Part shown: one piece after another, positions 24,426-36,872 of the stretch
Position numbering within the stretch: the stretch's first letter is position 1
How the letters are laid out: each line of letters starts with the position of its first letter
From: Isurus oxyrinchus
Lineage: Eukaryota
NCBI GenBank assembly: GCA_026770705.1
Contig: JANJGN010000003.1
Location: 96,472,001-96,536,000, forward strand
Length of the DNA stretch: 64,000 nucleotides
Reading direction: 5' to 3'
Notes under the pieces: generated by a model
What the model was told of the DNA's origin: nothing
Database searches by the model: none
Seen by the model: only the letters and a program-made list of their open reading frames with translations
Made by a program: the position numbers and the translations under genes

Positions 24426-25509
24426 GTTACAATCCCAGCTGAAGTTAATACTGGACAAGTCAGAAATCTGGGAGGTTAATTACAGAACAAATCCACAGGA
24501 GTCTGCTGATGATCTAGTAACAAAAAGAATAAACCATTTAATAAGTAAGAAAAAAGAACTACATTACAACAGACAAAAAGGTTGGAAAGATCTCAATACA
24601 AACACAAGAAAATGATTCAAATATTCACTATCCCTTCACTCCAGCTACCTCTTTACAGACACATATAAAAAATTTAGAAAGATAAAATAATTCACCATAT
24701 CTATCTTATACTCTATTATTCAAGATAAGTATGCAGTACATGTGAACCAACTGGTGAACTCGGACAGATACACTATACTCCAAAGTAAATAACAAATGCG
24801 ACCAAAGCAGATTCTATGGATTTCTCAACAACCCACCCAGACGCTTGTCACACCATGAGCCAACCGGTCTCACTGAAGCTCTGTCTTTCTCATGAGGGTT
24901 TACAATCTCTGCATTCAAAGAACCTGCCTTGGAATTCCCGCCAAACATTTCTCCCACTTGGACGCCTTCAGCAAGGATCCACTTCAAAGGTTTCAATCTC
25001 ACTTTCCACAATTCCTTTCCTTTGGGTCTCTGAGTATATTCAAGCTTCACCTTCCAAGCGCACTTTCAAATCTTCAAATGTCAAGCAGAACAGCACTGCT
25101 CCAAAAGGTACCTTTGCCCTTACGACCCACAGCAGAGAGTCACTGAACTTCAGCTGCCCTCTCGGATCTTCAGGGCTTCTCTCGAAGGGTCTCTTCTGTT
25201 GAAGGGTCATTCGGACTTGAAACGTTGGCTGTGCTCCTCTCCACAGATGCTGCCAGACCTGCTGAGTTTTTTCAGGTATTTTTGTTTTTATTTTGGAATT
25301 CTAGCATCTGCAGTTTTTTGCTTTTATCTTAGCAAATAAAAAGGGATATTGCAATGAATCAGCTGTGAAAAAATCTTGCTTTCAATTGTCTGCCCGATAT
25401 GCCTCTTGTTGGCTTTTCTCAATGATCCTTTCTAACTAACAGATATTGCAGTACATAAGCACCGGCACCCCCAAAAAATAACCCCATTGTCATGCTTATG
25501 GTTATAATA
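24426..25509. mobile_element. Putative solo LTR
   Basis: Inverted termini TGTTACAA ... TTATAATA. Non-coding and foreign to the flanking Harbinger sequence. TSD not seen. Confidence 0.4.
25194..25332 (+). mobile_element. Penelope terminal-repeat fragment with hammerhead-like core
   Basis: CTGTTGAAGGGTCATTCGGACTTGAAACGTT..CAGATGCTGCCAGACCTGCTGAG, homologous to 9111-9208 and 50941-51040. Confidence 0.8.
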
Positions 25510-27022
25510 CTGCAAAGGTTATGGGCAATAGTACTGAAGACTTGTGCTTCAGAACTTGCCGCGCCTCTAGCCAAGCTGTTCCAGTACAGCTACAACACTG
25601 GCATCTACTTGGCTATGTGGAAAATTGCCCAGGTATGTCCTGTACACAAAAAGCAGGACAAATCCAATCCAGTAAATTACCGCCCCACCAGTCTACTCCC
25701 GATCATCAGTAAAGTGATGGAAGGGGTCATCAACAATGCTATCAAGCGGCACATGCTTAGCAATAACCTGCTCACTGACACTCAGTTTGGGTTCCGCCAG
25801 GGTCACTCAGCTCCTGACCTTATTACAGCCTTGGGTGAAACATGGACAAAAGAGCTGAACTCCAGAGGTGAGGTGAGAGCCACGGCCCTTGACATCAAGG
25901 TAGCATTTGTTCGAGTGTGGCATCAAGGAGCCCTAGCAAAACTGGAGTCAATGGGAATCAGGGAGAAAACTCTCCAGTGGATGGAGTCATACCGAGCACA
26001 AAGGAAGATGGTTGTGGTTGTTGGAGGTCAAACATCTCAGCTCCAGTGCATCACTGCAGGAGTTCCTCATGATAGTGTCCTTGGCCCAACCATCTCCAGC
26101 TGCTTCATCAATGACCTTCCTTCCATCATAAGGTCAGATGTGGGGATGTTCACTGATGATCGCAGAATGTTCAGCATCATTCTCAACTCCTCAGATACTG
26201 AAGCAGTCCATGCCCAAATGCAGCAAGACCTGGACATTATCCAGGCTTGGGCTGACAAGTGGCAAATAACTTCTGTGCCACATAAGTGCAAGGCCATCTC
26301 CAACAAGAGAGAATCTAAACATCACCCCTTGATATTCAATGGCATTACCATCACTGAATCTCCCACTATCAACATCCTGGGGGTTACCATTGACCAGAAC
26401 CTGAACTGGACTAGCCATATAAATACTGTGGCTACAAGAGCACTTCAGATGCTAGGAATCCTGTAGCGAATAATTCACCTTCTGACTCCCCAAAGCCTGT
26501 CCACCAATTACAAGGCACAAGTCAGGAGTGTGATGGAATAATCTCCACTTGCCTGGATGGGTGCAGCTCCAACAACACTCAAGAAGCCGGACAACGCAAT
26601 CCACTTGATTGGAACCCCATCCACAAACATTCACTCCCTCCACCACTGACGCACAGTGGCAGCAGTGTGTACCATCTACAAGATGCACTGCAGGAACTCA
26701 CCAAGGCTCCTTAGACAGCACCTTCCAAACCCAAAACCACTACCATCTAGAAGGACAAGGGCAGCAGATGCATGGGAACACGGCCACCTGGAAGCTCCAC
26801 TCCAAGTCACATCCTGACTTAGAAATATATCACCGTTCCTTCACTGTCACTGGATCAAAATCGTGGAACTCCCTTCCGAACAGCACTGTGGATGTACCTA
26901 CACCACATGGACTGCAGAGGTTCAAAAAGGCAGCTCACCACCACCTTCTCAAGGGCAATTAGGGGATAGGCAATAATTACTAGCCTAGGCAGCGATGCCC
27001 ATGTTCCGTGAGCAAAAAGAAA
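25506..27022 (+). mobile_element. 5'-truncated CR1-group LINE (family 2) with reverse transcriptase region
   Basis: The 324-aa ORF 25492-26466 has non-LTR RT motifs NYRPTSLL, QFGFR, LDIKVAF, GVPHDSVLGP, FINDL and FTDD. Premature stop at 26464-26466; family 3' tail. Confidence 0.92.
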
Positions 27023-27779
27023 TTCACCCTGGCAGATGTTAAGAAGTCTTTGAGAAGTTTACAGCACTATAGCCATGTCCTTTGGATGAGCACATGGCTG
27101 CTCATTACCTCTGCAGCCTTTGTCCAGGCTGCTCTGATCTAGCTATGCAGTCTGCTCTTCCCATCAGCAGGCGCGAGGACATCCTGCTGATCACTCACAG
27201 CCTGCGGGAGGTTTCGCAGGGAGCCATCAACAAACCATAGGGCCATCCTTGGTCTGGGCCCCTCCATTCTCTCAGCCATATGGTGATCTTACAGCCTTTG
27301 TGGAGAGACAAAGAGAGTTAAAAGGTAGAATTTGAGTCTTCTAAAGACTTGATATTCAGATGGGGAATAGGACAGGTGTGCTCAAATGTTCTTTTCTCCT
27401 TGGTAAGGGTCCCGAATACTGCTGGCACAATAGTCACCAAAATTTTAATAAACAGCTCTTACCTGCTGCTCCAATAATTCAATCGATCCACAGGTCACAT
27501 TGTTCCAAATTTCTGCCTCCACTAATTGATGTGTTGCTGCCATTAAACCATACCAGGGCGCCTTTAAATGGATGGTGGTGACCAACCGGTTGGTGCCCTG
27601 ATTGGTCATGCTACCCACCCTCCCTTTACTTAGTTGGTTGGTTTCCTACCAGGCAGCTGTTAATTGGCTGCATGACGCTTTATTCGATGTCTTTGAACAG
27701 GGGCCGGGAGTCGGCAAACCACACGCTTCTGGGTCGGACTCCCACACTTCCCATTCAAAAGCATGAAACTCACCCCTTT

Positions 27780-28062
27780 TAGTGAAGAAATTTCTTATCA
27801 TCTCAGCCCTAAATGGCCAATCCCTTACCCTGAAATAGTGACCTCCTCATTCCAGACCCTCCAGCAGGGAGACATCGTCCCATTATCTTCCCTTTCAACA
27901 TCCTTAAGAATTTTATATGTTTCAATGAGATTGTATGTAATTTTCTAGGCTCTAAGGAATATTGGCCCATTTCATTTAATCTCTCCTCATCCCAGAAATC
28001 AGGCTGGTGAGCCTTTGTTGCACTCTCTCTTAGGTACATGTATCATTCCTTAGGTAAGGGAA
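27780..28062 (-). mobile_element. Old CR1 3' fragment
   Basis: Minus-strand remnant YLR..ERLNEMGQYSLEPRK resembles the CR1 ORF2 C-terminus. Confidence 0.6.
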
Positions 28063-29095
28063 CTTTTGTTTGTAGTAGAAGGATCTGGTAGCTAAAAGGT
28101 TAACATGGGACTGAGTACAGTACCACCAACACAGTGATGTAAGAAGGCACATGACCCAGAGCTAAGGCCAGTCTAGAGATAGGTAGCAACATATAGGGGT
28201 CTAGAATACCTTTACCCTCTACCATAAATATGTACCTAGTTCAGCACTGTGAAGACTTCTTTGTAACTTCAACAAGACTGCTTCATAGTGTCCAAGCAGT
28301 ACACATCACGGGTAGCACCAGGTCGTGTAGGCAGCTGGGGATTAAAATCCACATCCTCTCTAAAAGAGTGAAGAAATCTCAAGAATAGGATAGTAACAAT
28401 AATTCTGCCTTGAAACAACCTCGCTCATGAAGCAAGATGCTGAGAAAACTCATCCAAGAGGCTCCAGGGACACGAGAACATGGCAGCAAAAAAAAAAGGC
28501 AGAAGCTAAACACAAGTAAATGTCTCCATTGGATCCCTTTGGAAGATCAGCTTCAACAAAGCAGAACCAGCAGCCAGCAACCTGCAGAGTGAGGTAAAGT
28601 CCTTTTTAAGTTTCAGGCAAGCCAGTCCTGTGAACATTTTTTTTTCAAAATTCAACCTGGTGGCAGAAACTCCATTGTGCATTTCATCACTAGCCCAAAC
28701 TCCAACTCAGAGCTCTCCACACATTACACCCTGAATCCAGAATGTCGCCAAAAAAAGATTGAACCTGCAGAAATTAAAAAAAAACAAATGAGGTGCCTTG
28801 CGATCCTTTAGCCTCCCAGCCAGTGAGAATTATGCCTTCCCAACCTACCCCGACCGGCAGCACATCATTGTGACTAAAAGGGCCCTCAGCAGCAACCTGA
28901 CCCACAGCCACTTTGAGGCTTCTTCTTTCCCAGCATATCACCGCTGCCATTTTGAATTTCACGTTGAAACTGCAAAGCGCAAAAATCCTGTCTTCATCAA
29001 TACTTGCGATGCTATCTAGAAATCCTCTCTTAAATGGTCACCCACACATTAAAGTAGTTTAAGTATGCTTCAGGAAGATATAATAATTTTCATAA

Positions 29096-29143
29096 TGTTA
29101 TTGGAATTTATTGTAGAGCAATGGTGGGGTCTGTGTCTATGGG

Positions 29144-29181
<38 letters not shown>

Positions 29182-29991
29182 AAAGAAGTCTTCACAATTG
29201 AATTAAAGGCAGCTGGTCTGAAGGCTTTGATGCATCATAAGATAAGCTAGGCTTGAAATGTTAAGTAGATAAACATGGGTGAAGTTTTAGACTGTGAGGT
29301 GGAAAGGGAACATTTGTATTTTTAAATGAACCAGACTAGCCTGAATTCAAAAAAGGGGGTGAAATGTTTCACTTAGCCAGGACAAGTTAAGATCCAGAGT
29401 ATTTATTTTTCCAAAGATTACTGGTAAAATTGGTACTATGATAGATTTTTATTATTAGAGAGGTAAAGTCCAAAGACATGGTGAATCAAAGGGAATTTGC
29501 ATTCAAAGTGGAAAATATGTATATAAGAGAGAAGGCTGTGTGAAAGGGAAGGCATTCTAAGATCTAACAAGTGTGAAAAGCCTCCAGCATCTTAGTCTCA
29601 ACTGCTGTCTAAAGAAACTGAAGTTAAGAAAACTCACTTGGAAATGGACTGTTCAGGGTATCGTATTACTTTGCCTGGGTCTTTTAAAATCTATGTGTCT
29701 TACTGTTGCCTTAATGGAGGTGTAACTGGGAGTTAGATTAATCAGGGAAACTAGGAGTTATTATAGTAGTAATTTGTAAACCTGTGTATGTGCTTAAAAT
29801 CAATTTTAAAAATTTAATAAAGGTTTATTTTGTTTTTTTTAAGAAACCTATAAGACTTGGTGGCCTTCTTTATACTGAATTCAAAGCCTGCATCTTGAAA
29901 TAAGTACAAATTACAAATAGTTATGGCAGCTGCTTCAAGTTTCCCTCTGGGCTTTGGGCAGCTTGGCATTTACCATCTGCCTGCCATAATA
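29096..29991 (+). mobile_element. Putative solo LTR nested in the Gypsy element
   Basis: TGTTAT ... ATAATA termini, flanks ATAA/ATGA, TATA-like (about 29520) and AATAAA (about 29816) motifs in LTR order. Confidence 0.45.
29146..29177. repeat. (TG)16 microsatellite
   Basis: Directly visible. Confidence 0.95.
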
Positions 29992-30039
29992 ATGAAACAC
30001 AATTCTTCCCTACCACCTCCAATGTGCCTTAGCTGCCTG

Positions 30040-31130
30040 ACCAATCTCACAATTGAAGTTATTTGAAGAAAAGATTCTTGAGGCATAACGCTGCTGCAGG
30101 ATTAAATAAAAAGTCAGAAGCAGAACAAGTTAGCACATTACTTTATTCCATTGGGCCAATTGCAGATTATATCATCGCCAGGCAAGCCATAGATAAATCT
30201 GTTAAATTTAACAATGTTTTAAAATCTTTCTTCACCCTGAGATCTAACAAGGTCTTGGAACATGCCAAATTTAACAGGACAATCTTACAGCCTGGGGAGT
30301 CTGTTGATTCCTTTATCCTCATGGCAAAATTATATGAATCTGGAGATCTGAAACCTGAACTTACCTGAGACAGAATCGGGGTGGATGTCACAGGCGAGTC
30401 AATCTCCAACCTTCTCAAAGACAAAGATGACCTTATTCTCAACAAGGCTGTCAGGCTAGTTAGGCTGCCCAAGCTGTGAGACCAACATCTTCAGAGGGGA
30501 AGGTGCTTCATGGGCAGAAGCCATACCTTCCCCACCACATCAAGCCACACAAGCACAGGGACCGCCCGAGCCAGGGTAAGCCATCCCCCAAACGCCCAGT
30601 CGAACTACTCTGCCAGCGCTGCTGTGCGAATCACACTCACAGGAAAATCAATGTCCTGTGAATTCTGCCAAATGCTTCCACCGCCACAGGGAAACTTCAG
30701 TAAACTGTGCCAGTCACAAATTCAGCACCGCACAGGCAACCCAAGAGCCATCCACAAAGTCAAGGCTACCGACCCAGAAGACACACAGCCTTTATTTCTG
30801 GGCAGCATCAGATGATGCAGGTCGTCTTTCTGGAATGCACACATCTCAGTAAACAGCCATCTAACCAACTTTAAGTTAGATTCTGGCACCAGGGTGACAG
30901 TCCTATCGGAAGAGGACCATGGCTCCAAGGCTACAGGGTCCAAATGACAGATGCTGCACTCTACAACATGGGGGGATCCCAATTCCTGGTCATTGGTATG
31001 ATTTAGGAGCCATTGAGATATGGCAACAAAAAAATTATGGAGCTGATGCACGTAATGCAGAATCAGCCCCTGTCACTCCTCAGCAGAGATGTCTACATAG
31101 CTCTTGATTTCCTTCCAATGGCAGAAGATG
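30040..31130 (+). pseudogene. Gypsy gag and aspartic protease remnant
   Basis: QVSTLLYSIG, FNRTILQPGESVDSFI, Cys/His knuckle remnants (CQRC, KCFH) and protease motif FKLDSGTRVTVLS near 30870-30908. Confidence 0.8.
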
Positions 31131-32012
31131 TGAAGACAACCATGGTCCCCAACCTGCCTGAAAGGCATCCTCCCAAAGGCCCAACCACTACACACCCATC
31201 AAATATTGACTTTATTTGTACTTTATTTTCTCTGTTTGTGGAGCAGGTCTATTCTTCTTCATTTCAGGCCCCAAACCTGCCTAAAGGTCAGACCAACCTG
31301 TGCAGAGGGTTACCAAAGCATCTCCAGTGGAGGTGATGCCAGACCCAGAACGACGTCCAGAGAAGCCTCTGCCTCCACCAGCGACCACAGTGCAGACAAT
31401 AGAGATGCCAACCAATGCACAGCCCCAACAACTACCCACCAGCATGCCAAAGCCACAGCACCAGCTGGAACCAGGTAGCAGCCTCACACAAACACAACTA
31501 CATGAAGGTGAAGTCCCTCCCTACTCTTCTTCCATCCACAGGGCTGCTCTCGCTCAATTGCAGAGATCTTCCAGACAATGGAAAAGGCAGAAGAAGAAGA
31601 AAAAGAAAAAGAAGAAACACCACCAACAACCAACACTTTCATCCACCCAGAAAGAAGCAATCACCACTTAGTACTACAAATCACCACCACATCAACCAGA
31701 CCAACCAGACATGGTGTAGGATCCATCAATGGAAGAAGTGCATGAAGCCACACCTTCATCCTACTAGAACCTCAAAACCACTGCCAAGATCAAGAATCTC
31801 TACAGCCAGCCTCCCTCCTGACTGGATGGCAAGTGAGACGTGGCAGAGGTACAAGACATCCAGACCACCCAAATCTCCAATTTCAAGGACTTGAAGGGGG
31901 AGATGAGGTAGTAAGAACATTGTTAATGCATGCTGTTAATGTTGTAATGTTAATCATGAAGTAGTTTGGAGTTAGAATAGTTTATAATTACTAAAGTTAA
32001 GTACACAATTAG

Positions 32013-32350
32013 GGGGAGGAGGTGACATAGTGGCATCATCATTAGACGAGTATTCCAGAGACCCAAGGTAATGCTCTGGGAACCTGGGTTCAAATCCCAC
32101 CATGGCAGATGGTGAAACTTGAAGAATTCAATTTAAAAAATCTGGAATTCAAAGTCTGATGATGACCACAAAACCATTGCTGATTGTTGTAAAAACCCAT
32201 CTGGTTCACTAATGTCCTCTGCCATTCTTACTTAGTCTGGCCTACATGTGAGTCCAGACTCACAGCAATGTGGCTGACTCTGAAAAAGGGATGGGCAATA
32301 AATGCTGGCCTAACCAGCAATGCCAACATCCCATTAATGAATTTTAAAAC
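32013..32350 (+). mobile_element. tRNA-derived SINE
   Basis: A-box-like TGACATAGTGG, B-box GGTTCAAATCC, central CCATCTGGTTCACTAATG block and the family-2 LINE tail. Confidence 0.85.
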
Positions 32351-32389
32351 AAGTCTTATAGAGATGGAAGACTTGAAGCAAACTGTAAC

Positions 32390-32533
32390 TAAACCAAAAA
32401 CAAAAATAGCTGGAAAAACTCTCAGCAGATCTGACAGCATCTGCAGAGAGGAATACAGACCTGCTGAGTTTTTCCAGCTATTTTTGTTTTTGTTTCAGGT
32501 TTCTGGAATCCACAGTATTTTGCTTTTATCTTA
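32390..32533. mobile_element. Inverted pair of Penelope terminal fragments
   Basis: AAAACAAAAATAGCTGGAAAAACTC...GAGTTTTTCCAGCTATTTTTGTTTT inverted repeat built from the Penelope tail. Confidence 0.75.
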
Positions 32534-34414
32534 ATAAACCAATGTCAGTCTATCCATGGAGAGGTTGTAGTAGAAGAATTTGGCACCTAAAGGGTTAACA
32601 TTGTACTGAGTACAGCACCACCCACACAGTGATATAAGAAGACACATGACCTAAAGCTAAAGCCAGTCTAGAGATAGGTAACAACATGTAAGGATCTAGT
32701 ATGGGGCCCTCTCCATACCATCCTTTACTGTAAATATGTACATAGTTCAGTACCATTAATAAAGACTTCTTTGTAAATTCAACAAGATTGCTTCATGGTA
32801 TCCAAGCAGTACAGATCACAGGTAGCGACAATAAGACAGATCAATGTTCACCTGCACCCTCCACCAGGCACTACAACTCTTTCATCCAAGCCATTTTATG
32901 AGCCACATTAAAAAGCCTGGCCAAGTCTGGCAAAACTGAAGTAGCAGCAGTAAAATTGTTCAATTCATAACCCCTGTCTTCGGCTTTCTGTTCTGTTTAC
33001 CTTTATCGCACTAACACAGTTCCTTGTAAGTTTGCACTCTTTGCTCGCCCCACTGCTGCAGCTCTCCCTTGTGTCTAGCCACACAGACTCACTTTTGTTG
33101 GTACTGTTTCAAGGTCAAGGGTCATCAGGTCACATTGACCAGTGTTTCTTATTATTAAAGGAAACTAAAATTGACCCCTTTTCAATGATGCAAACTCTTA
33201 AAAGTCATTTTCAAACATTCTGAAAAACAATGACAGATTCCATAGACATTTTAAATAAATTACAAATTTTCCTGTTTCCGGATAAAAGGTTGTCACACAA
33301 CCAAGATCCATCCCACTGAATCAAAGAATGATGGAGGACAAAAGAAGGCCATTTGGCTCATTGCGCTCATGCCAGCTCTTTAAAGGAGCAATCCAATTAA
33401 TCCCATTCCCTTGCTCTTTCTCCATTGCCCTGTAAATTTAGTTCTCATCCAAATCAACCTTTCCCTTTACCTTAACTCAAAAATGTAGAACAACTCATGG
33501 CTAAAATTATCAAGCTTTTCAAACCCAGGTTTGTCACCATATAATCCTTAAGTTATTTTCTGTCCTCCAGAATGCTTTTCAATCTTAATACCAAATTGCA
33601 CCCTGAGCCTTTATCACAGCACCCCAATTTCAAATTACTTGGGAAAACTGAATGCCTTCAAAATATTTTAAAATACTGTTTAGAAGGAACTCGCCAATGT
33701 CTCCGTACATCAGTAGTAAAATATTTGAGTGATTAATATGTTCAAGGCTTAAAATAACCACAAGTCTGGTTTCAATTTCCGCTGTTTGTTACTTGCCACC
33801 TCTATCCACAAACTCATGGCATTTGATCAAGCTTGTCCTTATTATGATTCTGTACACCTGTTTTTTTACAGGCCTCTTAAGTCCAGGCAAGGCCATATTA
33901 AAATTCCACTCTGAAGCTATGTGATGGTCAGAAATCTGTTCAGTTTCAATGTTCACTAAATAAAAAAAAACTTTCACATCATCAGATCAAAAGAATTCAA
34001 TGTGATTTTCAACCTGATGACTAAGTGTGATCACAGAATTAGAATTATTCGGAAAACCCAATCAGGCTTTTTTTCTAAGATTTAATCAATGTCGGTACAC
34101 ATTTCTTTTTCACAATTTTCTTATGATCATTTCTTTTCGTAAGCTGCTTTTTCATATTTTTCTGCTGTCCAATGCCATGTTCTTACATCTTCTGGCACAC
34201 ATCCATATCTCAATTCAGTGAGGTTACCCAGGTATTCAAGATTATTAATGTATCACATGGGATTCAAAAATCCCTGTCTAATCATTTTGTGTTAAACCTG
34301 AAAAAAAGTCAGTGTACTCCAGTAAATAGACATTCCTAATTAGCTGATCATAGAATAGGTTTGTTGGGATTGAAGCAATGCATAGATAGCTCTATCTAAG
34401 TCATTGGAATTACA

Positions 34415-34575
34415 TTTTTTTAAATTATTTCATGGGATGTGGGCACTGCTGGCAAAGCCAGCATTTGTTGCCCATCCCATATTGCCCTTGTGAATGTGAT
34501 GGTGATGGTGAGCCATTTTTTTGAACTGCTGCAGCATCTGGTGTAGTTATACTCACAGTGCTATTAAGAAGGGAA
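34415..34575 (-). mobile_element. Family-2 LINE 3' end fragment
   Basis: TTCATGGGATGTGGGC..GCCCATCCCATATTGCCCTTG is the reverse complement of the shared tail. Confidence 0.75.
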
Positions 34576-35865
34576 AAGGCTAAACAGCCTCTCTGAGAAA
34601 TTAGAACAAAAAAAATCTGCGGGTGGAATATTCAGTGCCCATGGTGGTCAGGCTTGTTTGGCAGTCTGAGCGCACAATAAGAGGAGAAGGCCAGGAACCA
34701 GTTTCACAATGTTGTGAAACCATTTTGCGATCATGCGCTCAGCCCTCATTCTCCACTATCGGACGTCGGGAACCTCATTGTAATACGTCTGAATGCCGTT
34801 ATAAGGCCAGCCTGCCAGAATCATCGTCCCCCCGCTGGATCATACGCCCACACTGGCATGATTACACGTCGACGTGTTTAACAATAGCATATAAAAGGCA
34901 TGCACTTGGCGGGCTGCACTTTGAGGGGAACTCGGAGGTGAGTGCACAGTAATGTTGCACAGTGCTTGCCTGGGTCACTTGTTGGGCTTCAAGGTTAAGG
35001 TGTGTTGGGGGGGATTGGGGCAAGGGCTGCCCTGCAGTTGAGGTGGTTCAAGGGAGGGGCAAGGGCTGCCCTACAGTTGATGGAAGTGCCCAAGCATGTG
35101 CAGTGGAGGGGAAGGGAGCGGCCACACATAATCCAGATGGGAAAAAACATTTCAGAGCAATAGTCATATTCCCCAGTTTCATTGGTGTCCCATATTAAGG
35201 TATATGAGACCAGTTCAGACCAATATTCTTATTTCCCAGTTTTTACTGTTTTTTTTTCCTTCTGGGTAGGAAAACCTTGTATAAAGTGACAACTCCTCTG
35301 CACCTGAGACAGTTCAGATGCAGCCACATTGACATGCATGGAGTTGGGCCTCGAGCTTATCTGCCCACACAGGAAACACAGAGGCATGAAATTGCCACCA
35401 AATGCTCCAGAGTTTTTCACCCCTTGGGCACAGAGTGCAAACTAATGAATGTTTTAGTGGACTGCAGAACAGTTGGATGACTGGGCACATTGACAATCTC
35501 TGTGGAACTGTCACTGGTAGAGGTGCTACAGCCCCTTGCAATGTCATCATCCCGGTTTGGACCAGTCTCCCCCATGGTTCAAGCTAACAGTGCAGACTTG
35601 CAGCGGAGGTTAGGAGAATGCCTGCGCCTGAGCTGAGAGCACAGCTTGTAGTCCAGTGGGCAAAGCTGCTGTCAATCACTTGAGTGAATTGGGGCAGAGG
35701 TGGTTAGGGTTTCGGGCAGCCGTGCAGTGCACTAATCTCTGGCCATCCAAGTGGTGGCCAGCACTCTCCAGGATGTGTGAAGGGGCCTTCAGACTTAACC
35801 AAGACAGTTCTTAGGATAGCCAAGCACCTCTCTTTTTCATCCTGCAGGAGGAGTTCATCAGGAAC

Positions 35866-36872
35866 ATGGAGCCTGGTGAACTAGCTGTATGCCTTGTTCT
35901 TTTTAATTCATTTCTTGGGATGTGGACATCATCGGTCGTCCCTAATTGCCCTTGTTTAGAGGGCATTTAAGAGTCAACCACATTGTGTAGGTCTGGAGTC
36001 ACCTGGAGGCCAGGCCAGATAAGGACAGCAGATTTCCTTCCCTAAAGGGAATTAGTGAACCAGATGGGTTTTTGCATCAATTATTTCATGATCATTATTA
36101 GACTTTTAATTCCAGGTCTTTATTGAATTCAAATTCCACCATCTGCCATGGTGAGATTCAAACCCAGGTTCCCAGAGCATTACCCTGGATCTCTGGATTA
36201 CCAGTCCAGTGACAATACCACTATGCCACTGCTTCCCCAGTGGTGGTGTATAGAGAGCAAAGATTATGGAGAAGAGAGTGACTGAGGCTCCTGGCTGTGC
36301 AGAGGGAGGAGCAGCAACCTCGGGAAGAAGGGCCAGTTGAGGCTTCCGCACACACCATTAAAAATCCAGAGCAAGACATCATTGGTGGGTGCCTAGCTAG
36401 ACCCAGGATCTCTAGGTGCCGTCTTTCATTCCTGATTGACAACCAATGTCACCGAAGACTGAGCATCTCTAGGAAACTGGTCAGTCATACCTGCTAGCTG
36501 CTGCAGGATTTGGCGCCACGGGGACATGGAAGGTATCCACTGCCAGTGGCCATGAAAGTGACCTTGGCACTCAACTTTTACACCAGTGGCTCCTTTAGAG
36601 GCTCCACAGGTGACCTCTGTGGGATATGACAAGCCTCCACACACAAATGTATCAATGAGGTCACAGATGCCATCTTCACAAAGGCAAACAACTTTGTGCA
36701 TTTCGCCCAGGACAAAGAGAGCCAGGATGCAAGAGCGATTGGATTTGCCCAAATCTCAGGTTTTCTACAGGTACAGTATGCGATCGGCTGTGCTCTTGTG
36801 GTGCTCTGATCTCCATCGCAACAAGCGGTCGACTATGTCAACCACAAGGGCTTCCATTTGCTAAATGTGCAG
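35866..36872 (+). pseudogene. Harbinger transposase 5' half, copy B, interrupted by a SINE
   Basis: [31 protein letters not shown] and NHKGFHLLNVQ. Truncated at 36872. Confidence 0.85.
35897..36238 (-). mobile_element. tRNA-derived SINE
   Basis: Minus strand shows A-box TGGCATAGTGG and B-box GGTTTGAATCTC. Homologous to the other two SINEs. Confidence 0.88.

Larger units (their letters stand above)
23140..27279 (-). pseudogene. Harbinger Myb/SANT-like gene, copy E, interrupted by LTR-like and LINE inserts
   Basis: First exon about 27025-27279 (MAERMEGPRPRMALWFVDGSLRNL..QRTWL*CCK..DFLTSARV). Downstream exons about 23140-24050 contain the TCTSVG motif shared with the other Myb genes. Confidence 0.65.
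20520..27776. mobile_element. PIF/Harbinger transposon, copy E (different subfamily), expanded by nested inserts
   Basis: Termini GGAGTGAATTTTA / TGAAACTCACCCC, both flanked by TTT. Transposase (+) and Myb-like gene (-) converge. Confidence 0.75.
28071..32830 (+). mobile_element. Gypsy-type LTR element lacking RT, RNase H and integrase
   Basis: Direct repeats 28071-28320 and 32566-32830 (TGTAGTAG...CA), with a short purine tract before the 3' LTR and gag/protease remnants inside. Confidence 0.82.

Noticed and set aside
25492-26466. Functional 324-aa reverse transcriptase gene or retron-like system
   Set aside because: It is a 5'-truncated LINE whose start codon comes from flanking sequence. 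Conserved motifs are mutated (AFVRV for AFDRV, GVPHDS for GVPQGS) and there is a premature stop.
28321-28340. Primer-binding site of the 28071-32830 LTR element
   Set aside because: GGTCGTGTAGGCAG only loosely resembles a tRNA-Ser complement and is too degenerate to assign.
32013-32110. tRNA gene
   Set aside because: A and B boxes are present, but they form the head of a multi-copy SINE with no convincing cloverleaf.
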